Positions 62,994-64,000 of a stretch of 64,000 nt of DNA are shown in pieces. The translations under genes were made by a program, and so were the position numbers. The stretch's first letter is position 1. Each line of letters begins with the position of its first letter. The notes below the pieces were generated by a model. The model saw nothing but the letters and a program-made list of their open reading frames with translations, made no database searches and was not told the DNA's origin. Where the stretch lies: the NCBI GenBank assembly GCA_002633005.1, contig NMRA01000409.1, forward strand, positions 345,938 to 409,937, given 5' to 3'. This DNA comes from Phoronis australis (taxonomy: Eukaryota > Animalia > Phoronida).

Positions 62994-64000
62994 TTGGTCG
63001 TCCTTACAGTTGGGACAGGAAGTGCGACTTCACATTTTCTCGAAGCTAGGCCACGTGTTCATATGCCATGCCGATGTGCGCGATATGATATGTATCGCCG
63101 TTTCAGCTAACTACACCGATGTTATAAACCGGAGTACGATTTCGACGAAAATGCAGAAAAAATAAAATTGCCGGAGATTTACAAATTGTCTGAAAGAGAG
63201 CTAAGTAAGCGAATTCCTCTCTGACGAAGGTTAACCAGCTGTGTTGTATTCAACACCTCGAACTTTAATTACAAAGACACTCAGGACTACAGGTTTTTAA
63301 TTAGTGCTATATATAAATTTAAATCAGTAGTTCGGTTGAGCGGGTTTCCAGCGACGATCAGGAGCTTACACATTATCCGAAATAAGTTACTCTAATGAGA
63401 TCAAGTTTCAAATGCGAAAAAAGTATTAAAGAATACCTTTCGGTTCACTCATGTGTGAAATTTGTTTTGTGTACATGTACAAGGAAAATCAAGCCTACTA
63501 TTACAAATACATAACTTTGTAGTCTTGTTTGCTTGGGCTTAATTAGAGAAGCAACTGTTCTCAATGATATATTTAATAAAACTACAGATCCCTGGTTATC
63601 TTAATGAGACATTTTTGGCATTAATTACTGTCGCCCTGGCTGGCGTGTATTTACTGACCGCTACAACAATAGAAACGGACATCCACGGCCTGACAAAAGA
63701 CCCCATCTCGGTTCAGCATTCATTTCCACTAAGCGACAAAGAGAGCACTGTTTAGTTGTCTATCAATTTCGTGTACAAGATTCTGAGGTAAGCAAAAATG
63801 CCTAGAAGTTTACACCTTCGGAGGCAGGTTCCTAAATTAGAGCTTGGTAAATTTGTTGGAACTACCAGTAAAACGAAAGACTTGGCGTTAACTTCGGGGT
63901 CCGTGACCACCAAACTCTCCTCGAAATTCTGCTCCAAAACTGACGCCACATGGCGACTTAACTCCAAGCGTGCCACGCGATAGGTCAATTTTCATGTAGA

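Overview
This is intron-rich, repeat-rich animal genomic DNA, probably from a marine invertebrate; the taxon cannot be fixed from sequence alone. It is not prokaryotic and has no CRISPR array. Three protein-coding genes were rebuilt by hand from splice signals and reading-frame phase. (1) An extracellular, probably GPI-anchored alpha-carbonic anhydrase on + (five confident coding exons, 18487-26284, plus a candidate signal-peptide exon at 11662-11718). (2) ACTR5/Arp5, an INO80 subunit, on - (18 phase-consistent coding exons, 50508-33115, 707 aa). (3) A secreted C1q-domain protein on + (candidate exon 53972-54077 plus terminal exon 62125-62993). Its Pro/Gly stalk appears to be a decayed collagen domain: Gly codons sit in Gly-X-Y register but many are replaced by single-base neighbours. 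The rest is decayed LINE fragments, several MITE families (3-bp CWG and 5-bp TSD types), a pearl/Helentron-like composite repeat, tandem repeats abutting splice donors, and two gap-flanking duplications that look like haplotype assembly artefacts.
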